DNA of 64,000 nucleotides from a virus (taxonomy: Duplodnaviria > Caudoviricetes): positions 1 to 64,000 of the IMG/VR virus record IMGVR_UViG_3300018068_000002, one strand, 5' to 3'. Position numbers and translations under genes: made by a program. Every line of letters starts with the position of its first letter. Positions within the stretch are counted from its first letter, which is position 1. The notes below the pieces were generated by a model. That model searched no databases. It saw only the letters and a list, made by a program, of their open reading frames with translations, and was not told where the DNA came from. Of this stretch, positions 20,601 through 29,400 are shown piece by piece.

Positions 20601-22683
20601 TTTTTCCTATTTTAATCTCATTTAATAACATTTCTGAATTTGATAAAGCAATAGAAAGATTATTTATTTCTTTATCTATAATAAAAACTAAGTTTAATAT
20701 TTCTGCCAAAGAAAATGCAGAATTTTGAAAAATAATTTTTGATACTATTAATTCAGGAGGTAAAGAATGAGTATCACTTACTACGGAATTTTGATAAATA
20801 GTTATTGAACCTTCTCCAGCGTAAATTGTTCTATTTTCTAATATTATTGTATCAGCAAAAATAATTGAAGAATCCACTATTGGATTTGAAATTTTTACAA
20901 AACTATTTTCTAAAATTTCTGCAATTGATTCTATAATTGGACTAATTATTAATAATAGATTTTCTATCATTGGAATAATAATTATTCCACTAGATTCACA
21001 AATACTATTTATTGCAATATTTGTATCTATAAATAAAATCGGATTAAGTATTTCAGAACTAGATTCAAAAAATCCAATTTGTTTATTTACATCTATAATT
21101 ATTGGTACTTCTAAGATATTAGAATAATAATTTAATCTATTTGGTTGTAAAATCCTCAATCTATAATAATAAGCTGTTGCCGCATTAACATTGACATCTT
21201 CATAAAACATAGTTTCTGAATCAAAATTTATAATATCTAAAAAATTTTGATCATCCCCTATACTTTTTTGTACAATAACCCCACTATCATTTGTATAAAC
21301 ATCAATTTTTACTTCTATATAATCAATAACCATACTAGAATTCAATAATGTTGCAACAACATAAAATTCAATATTTGGATTTGAACTAGCAATAAATTCA
21401 TTAAGATTATATGATGTAAATGGGATCACGATAATTTGATTATCTGGAGTAAGTGATAAATTAGTTGATGCCATTTTTATATATTTAGAACTATCTCCAA
21501 AATCAGAAGCATCATATTTTGCTATATAAAAATCAAATGTACTAATACCATCGATAGAATATCCTTTAAATGTAAATATTAAGTTTTTAATATATTGATT
21601 ATTTTTTAAAGAAGTTAATACTTTAAATCTGGAATAAAGTACATTAATATCTCCACTTCCAGGATCAGTTAATGTCCAATAACTACCATTATTAGATGAA
21701 ATAGCAGTATAATCGGCATCTGTTGCAACAACATATGTATTTCTATCATCTGCAATTGTATAAGGAAATAGATCAGCATCACTTTGATATGCTATTGGAT
21801 AAAGACCGGTTCCATCATTACTACTTGTAACTCCAACGAAATTTCTTGTATATGATTCAATAGTTAAAAATTCATAAATAAGTTCTTCTGATAATCCCCA
21901 AATACCAATCATTCCAGTTCCACCAAAAGAGATTCCAGAACTTGATATTCCACTACCACTTAATCCTTTTCTAAAACCACACATCTCATTTCCAGTTGAC
22001 CAAGTACTATTTTCAAAATTTTCTGTTGTTCCTAAAAAAGAAGAAGTTTCTCCTCCAAAACTAGTCGCTGAATTTATATTTCCAAGTCCTCCTAGATAAC
22101 TTCTTGCAGCACTCATTGAATTCCCATTAGTCCAAACAGAACCATTATATGTTTCAGTAACTGAAGAATTTGAAGTTGTATACCCTCCAAAACTTACTGA
22201 TAAATCTTGAGTTCCACATCCAGAAAGACCTGTTCTAGAAGTATTTAAAGAACCGAGGGTTGACCAAGATATTCCACTATATTCTTCAGTAACTCCAGAA
22301 ACAGATCCAGTGCTTCCACCAAAAGATAGCGCTGCAGAGCTAGTCCCACAACCACCTAAATCTCTCCTAGAAGTAGTCATAGACGTTAAATTTGTCCATG
22401 TTGTTCCATTGAATGATTCAGTAGTTCCAACATATGTTGATGTATATCCACCAAATGATATAGTTGCTGTTAAACTACCAGCTCCAGCTAAACCTCGTCT
22501 AGCTGTATTCATTGATACACTAGAAATCCAATTATATCCATTAAATTCTTGTGATGAAGATATTACTATAGAGTCATTATACCCTCCAAAAGCAATTGTT
22601 GCATCATGTGTCCCTACCCCTGCTAAATCTGTTGAGGAAGTAATTAAATTATTAGTTACTCTCCAAACTTTTTGTAAACTCAT
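17608..22683 (-). CDS. Giant tail appendage / receptor-binding protein (Kelch-like propeller, internal hub-like module, BNR/Asp-box propellers)
   Basis: About 6 Kelch-like repeats (R..L.G.G...A.LSFGG) and about 12 SxDxGxxW Asp-boxes. Confidence 0.7.
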   Translation of the reverse strand: MSLQKVWRVTNNLITSSTDLAGVGTHDATIAFGGYNDSIVISSSQEFNGYNWISSVSMNTARRGLAGAGSLTATISFGGYTSTYVGTTESFNGTTWTNLTSMTTSRRDLGGCGTSSAALSFGGSTGSVSGVTEEYSGISWSTLGSLNTSRTGLSGCGTQDLSVSFGGYTTSNSSVTETYNGSVWTNGNSMSAARSYLGGLGNINSATSFGGETSSFLGTTENFENSTWSTGNEMCGFRKGLSGSGISSSGISFGGTGMIGIWGLSEELIYEFLTIESYTRNFVGVTSSNDGTGLYPIAYQSDADLFPYTIADDRNTYVVATDADYTAISSNNGSYWTLTDPGSGDINVLYSRFKVLTSLKNNQYIKNLIFTFKGYSIDGISTFDFYIAKYDASDFGDSSKYIKMASTNLSLTPDNQIIVIPFTSYNLNEFIASSNPNIEFYVVATLLNSSMVIDYIEVKIDVYTNDSGVIVQKSIGDDQNFLDIINFDSETMFYEDVNVNAATAYYYRLRILQPNRLNYYSNILEVPIIIDVNKQIGFFESSSEILNPILFIDTNIAINSICESSGIIIIPMIENLLLIISPIIESIAEILENSFVKISNPIVDSSIIFADTIILENRTIYAGEGSITIYQNSVVSDTHSLPPELIVSKIIFQNSAFSLAEILNLVFIIDKEINNLSIALSNSEMLLNEIKIGKNINIPFIDSIATINDNLIIAVASTNINILLIETVAEMYSPNKILGKFSFVFNYELSIYSHDDEFIRLLHGNDDFSGQAYNVIYKTNINEQEFLSFSLPLYYYDYETKQLIENPAWSLIIGEQKIRLIRNKSRGNESIHDFVIQSYQELRENDMVIVKVECQRAIVYEISKIGLAMTYTDKDIGITRSSIPPKTPIKNSIWIDYSNKWWIYNPITGWQSFEPIDIPTIDIPPVDMEFDNIDDIWTDEDGTDTRWDGTNWVTYTDDAQGKVIYGDNNVYVSNDNGLTWELSTTLNLHKFASVDKGIVVATDDNNRIVYRSNNNGVSWINMGTICPTGSSINLFKSIGNGIVLAGISNLYSDYISKSIDYGKTWKSLSSFYTQIPTSPYQEWTNYPNSPILTSTYPIQCIVKAFSYSGPVLLVSTNVFYTPLSQAVTVVTGTYMIYDLIDGEWQYNSTTSTNYDWGSSGGIQEANHNIYSDINQISVYFYKTTIDITEPCEITSIVNMGDYLILMSTKKIVYISGNQGSSWSTRLTSTVEREHITVLKINDKVALCLIADTSSGNQTLLYKTIDGGLAFTYVGYITNTLVKDGIVLPNGQLITYNTISPYQVYYCTETITDWNTLSYLNEECCDIRIINNNYLLLSGKINGNIYRSIGGATWSLVETLSGETGGDKLEFNHSNWILMDDYVGLDGFQTGMSLCYLESSKVLCAGIGVAYIFQSIDNGYSWPHYSSLQSESPFGVQAIAYLGSKQVITCSLQGQFSKSSDYGYSWKYVYDNNNGVTRIVSLGNGIVLTNSGITESYIYKSVNYGSYWYSTGQIESGAYITDLVKVNSTGSVLASVYNTGTGLSSIYKSTSWGSSWYNVITFSEENLVISRLEIIDEYIILAGCSSAFNLGLSVSKIKKSTNSGISWSTYTSGLTSTYWGCKSLRYAGNGIVYYGCEAIYISKDYGSTWKLMQNVDISDKDQVWVHDIVKANNGNYLALTSPSFNIYRLQAD

Positions 22684-22699
22684 TTAATTCCCTCCTTTT

Positions 22700-25396
22700 T
22701 TATTTTCTCCATCCATCAAGATATATTGGATAGTGAGTTGAAGAATAACTTTCTGTAAGCCCATTAGCATATCCATAATACCAACTTGTAGTATACCCAC
22801 CATGAGATAACGCAGAAGAATCTGATTTTCCAACTCCAGTAGCCCAACTTCTTGCAACTATTCCAGATGGTCTAATAGACCAAGATGTACCATCATAAGA
22901 TTCTGAAGAATTCATTGCACTTGAATAAGTTCCTGCTCCAGCATAAGCTAAAGTAGAAGATTGACTTCCACTTCCTCCTGGAGTTTTTCTTTGTATATTT
23001 AAATTTGAAGTGGAAGACCAAATAGTATCATTAAATTCTAAAGCGGAGTTTAAAGCATCTTCACCTTCTCCACCATATGCCCCACCGTAGCAGAGCATAG
23101 CAGTAGAAGTTCCAGAACCACCCCAATATGCTATAGCTATTGTTAATGAAACTCCATTAGACCAAGTTCCACTATTATATAATTCTACAGAAGTTGAATC
23201 ATCAGTATCGGTTCTTCCTCCAGCAACTATTCCAGCCGTTGTAGTTCCTGCCGCAGCAGAACCTTCTCTTGCTACACTCATCCCTGTTCCATTTGTCCAT
23301 GAAGAACCATTATATGTTTCTGTTCCATTAGTCATCAAATCTGGATTCCATAAAAAACCACCCATTGCAACTGCCGCAGTTTGAGTTCCTAAAGATGTAT
23401 GACGAACTCTTTGATAATTAGCATAGACTCCATTAACCCAACCATAATAATTACCACCTACATATTCCATAGTTTGACCTTCGGTATAACCATTTTGCAA
23501 CTGTCCAAAAAAATCAAAATATGCTTGAGCGTATCCAGAAATATATAGACCTGCTTCTTCATTTCCACACATACTTCCTTCATCTCTTTTTATAGTTGGA
23601 TGAAAAGCTACAACTGTCCAAGCATTTGAAATTGGAGAATATTCTAAGTCTCTATATCTATAAGCATTAGAAGTAATTATTGGATTAGATGCATTATAAC
23701 CACCATAAACTGCACAACACCACATATTCATTCCACCAAAAATTAATGTATCACTGATTGTCCCAGCAATTCCAACTCCCAAATTACAATACAATGGTTG
23801 AGGAGCACTATACCAATCACCATTATAATATTTCAAAAATGCACTTTTATGACCTACTGGTTGAAGAACAGCTTCTCCAATATAGACAACACCTGAAGAT
23901 CCACTTGATCCTGTCGCATGAACACTATCTGCAAAATAACTAAATAGTAATCCACTAGTCCAAGTTGCCCCATTATAGTATTGACTCGCAGAACTACCAG
24001 TATTTGTTGAAGTAACTGAAAAAGTGTCTGATTGAGTTCCCATTCCTGTTGTTTGCGGAGAAACTGCTACTAAATTTCCACCAGATGACCAAGTTCCACT
24101 ATTACATTCCAAAGTAGAACTTAAACTTCCAGTGCTATTTGTTCCCCCAAAAAATAATCCTGCTGATTCAGTCCCAGTGTAGCCATGTTTACATCTTTGT
24201 GTAGATGCTGAAATATAACTCCATACAGTACCATTAAAAGAATATCCATAAGTGTAATAAATATCATATGATCCATCAAAAGAATAACCACCAAAACCAA
24301 ATGCTGCTTGAGTTGTTCCTACAACTCCTAATCTATCTAAAGAATTCAAATAGTTTCCAGAAACAGTCCAACTAGTATTATCCCAAATTTCAGTAATATT
24401 ATAAAAAGTATCATAATCTTCATTATGACTTCCTCCTACATATGCAGTAAAATCTCCAGATCTTCCACCACCAACTGCTAATGCAGAGGTAGCCGATCCT
24501 GCTCCAGCCAACCAAGATCTTGCCGTGTTGATACTTGTAGTTGTCTCCCAAGCTCCAAACTTATTTTCATCTGTAATTGCAACATCATATTTAAAAACAG
24601 CAGTAGAATAATTTCCACCAATACATAGTGCAAATGAAGTTCTTCCAGTACCGGATGCAGATTGTCTTATAGCATGGAGAATACCACCAGTATACCAATT
24701 AATTCCATTATATTCTTGAGTTAAAGATACCGTAGAAAAAATAGCTCTAATTTTTGGACCAAATACAACTCCAGATAAAGAAGAAGTACCAGCTCCACTT
24801 ATATATAAAAGTTCTAAAATTAAATTTTCAATAGTACTCCAACTTGTTCCATTATAAGATTCAGCAACTGAAGTTGTTCCACTATTAGAACCAATAACTG
24901 CGTATCCTCCAGCAGAAACTGCGGAAGTTTGTGTACCAAATCCTGTTAAATTATATCTTGAAATATTTAAATTTCCTCCAGAAGTCCAAGTACTACCATC
25001 AAATTCTTCTGTTACACTTAATGAACTTGCATTTCGACCTCCAAAGATAAGTCCAGCAGAAGAATTTCCACACCCCGCTAATGAATATTTTTGAGTAGAT
25101 AAACTATTTAAAGTTGACCAACTTGTACCATTATAGTAATATACTTCTTCTTCTTGTGAACTATAATAACCAGCACAAGACATTCCAGCATTTTGAGTCC
25201 CAAAAGATGCCATATTTTTTCTTGATGATGGCATATTTCCAGAGGTTGTCCAAATTTCATTATTAAACTCTTCCGTTACATTTGTAACAGAACCTGTAGT
25301 TCCTCCAAATGCAAGTGCAGCCGATGGAATTCCACAACTTCCTAGTTCTTGTCTTCCAGTGTTTAAACTAGTTGTAGTATGCCAAACTCTACTCAT
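22700..25396 (-). CDS. Kelch-like repeat tail protein
   Basis: Roughly 18 repeats of about 45-50 aa with W...L..R...G.G....AL.FGG...TEE(F/Y)NG..W. Confidence 0.7.
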   Translation of the reverse strand: MSRVWHTTTSLNTGRQELGSCGIPSAALAFGGTTGSVTNVTEEFNNEIWTTSGNMPSSRKNMASFGTQNAGMSCAGYYSSQEEEVYYYNGTSWSTLNSLSTQKYSLAGCGNSSAGLIFGGRNASSLSVTEEFDGSTWTSGGNLNISRYNLTGFGTQTSAVSAGGYAVIGSNSGTTSVAESYNGTSWSTIENLILELLYISGAGTSSLSGVVFGPKIRAIFSTVSLTQEYNGINWYTGGILHAIRQSASGTGRTSFALCIGGNYSTAVFKYDVAITDENKFGAWETTTSINTARSWLAGAGSATSALAVGGGRSGDFTAYVGGSHNEDYDTFYNITEIWDNTSWTVSGNYLNSLDRLGVVGTTQAAFGFGGYSFDGSYDIYYTYGYSFNGTVWSYISASTQRCKHGYTGTESAGLFFGGTNSTGSLSSTLECNSGTWSSGGNLVAVSPQTTGMGTQSDTFSVTSTNTGSSASQYYNGATWTSGLLFSYFADSVHATGSSGSSGVVYIGEAVLQPVGHKSAFLKYYNGDWYSAPQPLYCNLGVGIAGTISDTLIFGGMNMWCCAVYGGYNASNPIITSNAYRYRDLEYSPISNAWTVVAFHPTIKRDEGSMCGNEEAGLYISGYAQAYFDFFGQLQNGYTEGQTMEYVGGNYYGWVNGVYANYQRVRHTSLGTQTAAVAMGGFLWNPDLMTNGTETYNGSSWTNGTGMSVAREGSAAAGTTTAGIVAGGRTDTDDSTSVELYNSGTWSNGVSLTIAIAYWGGSGTSTAMLCYGGAYGGEGEDALNSALEFNDTIWSSTSNLNIQRKTPGGSGSQSSTLAYAGAGTYSSAMNSSESYDGTSWSIRPSGIVARSWATGVGKSDSSALSHGGYTTSWYYGYANGLTESYSSTHYPIYLDGWRK

Positions 25397-25426
25397 TAAT
25401 TACCATCTCCTTTCTTCGATTATTTA

Positions 25427-26482
25427 TTACCAATATTTATATTTATATTTTATTGTAGTATTATTAAGAGCAATATTAGTATTTAAAGTATTGTTTCCTG
25501 GGTATGCTTTTAAAAAGAAACCATTATGAAGGGCTCCAAGATAATATACTGCTGTATAAGAGTCTGTATTAGTATATCCAATAACTGAACCAGTTTTAGG
25601 AGTACAAACAATTTTCCAAGGTCCGGCATCAGAACTTAAAGTAGATATATTTTTTAATGATTCTATTTGAAAAAATTCTACTGGACTAACACTTGTATTT
25701 TTTAATTGCCAAGTATTTCCAACATTAAAAGCATTCAAATATATAGTAAACTCAATTAAAGATTCAATATCTCCAGCATTGTTAAAATTTTTTGGTAAAT
25801 CTCCAATATTGATTGTACTTGCATTAACATATCCATTAGTACTATTAGCATACGCTAAATTATCTGGATCTGGAGTATTATCTTCTAATCCACTTTCTCC
25901 ATACCACCCAGGCAAATGAGTAGAATCATAAAATTTTATTGTATTAGTTGGATAATTAGAATATGTTGTAAAAACACTCCCATTCCAAATAGGAACATCA
26001 TTTATAATAGCATAATCACTATATGCATAAGGATCTGTAGCTAAAAATTCAACTTCTATTGATCCTTTAAAAACATGTTGCAGTCCATTAGTAACAGATA
26101 CCTCAAAAGGAATAAATGAAAAACTAGGATTAGAATCGACTTTAACATAATAATATTTATAAGGAGATTCATCAAATATTAATTTTCCAGTTTCTTTTGG
26201 AGACAACCATTGGGTTATTGATTTTTTATTTGCACTTGTCATATTATCAAAAACTATAGTAATTGAAAAAGTTCTAGGTTTTATTTTTACTCCAAAATAA
26301 TAAGCACCATCTTTTCCAGATACTTCAGCAGTTTTATTTTCAAAATTAGAAAATAACATTTGTTGACTCATTCCATCGGACACTGCAGTGAGTCCATACT
26401 CACTGCAATGGTGTCCGTTGAAACTAAAACCAACAAACTCATAGTCTTTTATTCCTGTAAAAGAATCTAAATTTGTTGACAT
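25427..26482 (-). CDS. Distal tail protein (Dit)
   Basis: Directly after the TMP; GFSFNGHHCSEYGL, PRTFSITIVF, GKLIFDESPYKYY, F.ATDPYAYS. Confidence 0.8.
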   Translation of the reverse strand: MSTNLDSFTGIKDYEFVGFSFNGHHCSEYGLTAVSDGMSQQMLFSNFENKTAEVSGKDGAYYFGVKIKPRTFSITIVFDNMTSANKKSITQWLSPKETGKLIFDESPYKYYYVKVDSNPSFSFIPFEVSVTNGLQHVFKGSIEVEFLATDPYAYSDYAIINDVPIWNGSVFTTYSNYPTNTIKFYDSTHLPGWYGESGLEDNTPDPDNLAYANSTNGYVNASTINIGDLPKNFNNAGDIESLIEFTIYLNAFNVGNTWQLKNTSVSPVEFFQIESLKNISTLSSDAGPWKIVCTPKTGSVIGYTNTDSYTAVYYLGALHNGFFLKAYPGNNTLNTNIALNNTTIKYKYKYW

Positions 26483-26493
26483 TTATTTACCTC

Positions 26494-29400
26494 CTATCTA
26501 ACTCTTTGTACTGGAGTTGTCATTCTATTTTGATAAGCATTAAGAATTTCTTTACGAACCAATTTTGCAATCTCATCAGGAGAAGCATTTGTTTCGTTTT
26601 CAAGATTAACTATAACATCTCCAATTGTTATACTATTGTTATTATTAACTATTGGAGTTTTATTTATAGTGTTAACTCCATTATTTTCAAGAGTATCTCT
26701 CAATTTTGCAATTAATTCTGTTTGTTTAGCATTAAGGAATGCTTCTGGGTCTTGTAAAGTACCATGAACAGCAGCCGCACCAGTATAATCTACAACACCA
26801 CCCTCTTTATATTGGTTTAATTTTTCCCAAGTAAGAGGACCAACTTTTCCATCTACTTGTAATCCATTAGCAGTTTGGAATGCTCTTACGGCACTATAGG
26901 TTTCAGAACCAAACTTACCATCTGCTCCATATCTTGGCAATGCATCAGCATTCCAAGAAAGTATTTTTTGTTGAATGTATTTAACCCAATCTCCAGCCGA
27001 TCCAGTTGTAAAAATTTGTCCTGGATATGCTTTATCAGGAATTTCACTTCCTCCTCCAGTATCTGATCCGTCATCTTCATCATCAATAGGAGAATAATCT
27101 TCATCACTTGTTCCCGCTTTAATAGCTGCAGCAATAGCATAACCAATAGCATTAGCTACACTAGTTGTTGAATTTTTACTTAAACTTACTCCTTCTTGAT
27201 ATAATTTTGAAATATATTTAGCATCATCTTGAATAGTTCTTAATTGTTCAGATTTTGCTAATGGATCAAGTTTTTGGAATCCTTCGGTTCCAGTAAGTAC
27301 AGCATTAATTTTATCTGGGCCTTCTTTTATGGTTTGATCAACCATAGACCAATAATATCCACTGTCTTCACGCAATCTCATTTGTTCTTGTAATAATTGT
27401 AATTCAATATCTCTTTGTTCTTGTTGCAATTCATATTGTTTTTGAAGAGTTTCATATTGGCGATCAATTTGTTTATCTCTAAGATCTTGTTGATCTTCCG
27501 CGATTTCAGTTTGAAGGTCGGCAACTCTTTCTGCGTATCTTCCAGAAGTATCTCTTTGTAAAGTAGATAATTGACGTTGTTTTTTCAAAAGATCTTGTTC
27601 ATCTTGAGATTGTTCTCTCATTTCTCTTTCTTTATCAATTGCATCTTTAATAGCAGAAAGATAATCATCTTCCATTTCTTTTAACTTATCAAACTTATCT
27701 TCTGTTGCTTGAATTTCTTGCTCATCCATTTCTCTAAAAGCATCATAAAGTTGTTGACGAACATTTATTGCTCTATCAACCATTTCTTTACGCATAGATT
27801 CTCTTTCTTCTTCTAAATCAACAATTGTTTTAAGAGACTCTTGAATTCCATTGTAAACTTCTTGATATTTTTCTAGAAAATCAACTGTCTTATCATATTG
27901 TTCTTGACTAATTCTCCCACTTAAAAGAGCCACAGAAAGTGCAGCCTGTCTAACTTTCAAAATTCCATTTTCAAGGAATAAAAATCCATTATAAAGTGGA
28001 ACTTGATTTTGCATAGTTCTTAATTCATTTTGTCTTAGATTAATCAATCCTTTTTGATAACCAATTAATTCATTCATTTTTTTAGCTTTTTCTTTAATTA
28101 ATTTAAGATCCTCTTTCGCGTCAGTTGAATTAAGTCCCATCTGAGCTTCAATTAAACTAATTTCACTTTGAAGTCTTTCTATTTTTCGAAGAGTATTATA
28201 AAATTTTTCAAGAGAATCATTAAGTTCTTCTACTTTATCAGAACCATCTTTAGATTTTCCAGATACTTCAGAAAGGAATGATTCTACAGGCATTTTTAAC
28301 GTACTTAAAGTTGCTGCTAATCCCTTTTTATCATTCTCTAAAATATTCCACAAATCTTTCGCTTGATCAACTAAAGTTTTTGAAGTAACTCCGCGATCAT
28401 CAAGATATTCTTGCCACCAGTCAGTAGATTGAGTAACTACTTCTTTAATTTCTAAATTTTGAGTTTTTAAATCTACTCCTTTAGTTTTTACAGTAGTAGC
28501 ATCTCCAACATCTTCACCTTGCATAGCTAAAGTTCTTTTTCTGAAAGCCTCTATTTGAGATTGAATTCTCTTTATAGAGTTCTGATAAGCATTATCTTCA
28601 GCTTCATCAGTTTGTTGTATTGCTTTTTCATAAACCTTAAGAGCATCTAGTTTACCAGTTTGAGCCAACTCATTAGCGTCTGTAGTCTCTTGTAAATCTT
28701 GAATTGTTTGTCTTGCAAGATTTTTATTAGCTTCTTCTTCTCCCACTTTGCTATTAATAATAGCTTTTAAAGAAGATTGAGCAGCAGTAATTTTTGCTAT
28801 TCTCTCATTAATTAAAGTTTTAACATTTTCAATTCTATGTTTTGCTTCTTGAATTAATAATGCAGAACTTAGTTTAAGTTGATCATTTTGAACAGTTAAA
28901 AATTGTAAATAATCAGGATTTTCAGCAATTGCAGTTATAATATCCAGTTGAGTCATTGTTCCTTCATTAATTTGTGTGTATAATCCACCCAAATCTTTTA
29001 ATGAAGAAGCCAATGCAGAAATACTATTAATGGCACTAGTTGTTTCAAGATAATTTTTTCTAGCTTTTTCGGCATCAGTTAACTTTAAAGCGTCATCTAA
29101 CATTCTTTCCATAAATTTATTTTGTTGAATTAACTCATCACTCGATGTAACTAAAACTTTCGCTCTTTCTACTTCTACCGCAGTAACATTATCACCTTTT
29201 ATGGCAATATCTTCAAGTTCATTTTTATTATTTAATAATGCATCATTAATTTCTTCCATTTCTTGTTGGAGTTCAATAACAAAAGCACTTACTCTTTTTT
29301 GTCTTTCTTCTTCAACAGCGTTACCTGTTAATGTATAAAGATCATTATCAATTCTTTGTAATCCATTAAATCCAAAAGTTTTAGTTTGTTCTAAAGCAGC

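Noticed and set aside
13144-25396. Diversity-generating retroelement or invertible tail-fibre cassette
   Set aside because: No near-identical TR/VR pair, reverse transcriptase, invertase or flanking inverted repeats seen; the duplicated hub module is diverged at the protein level throughout.
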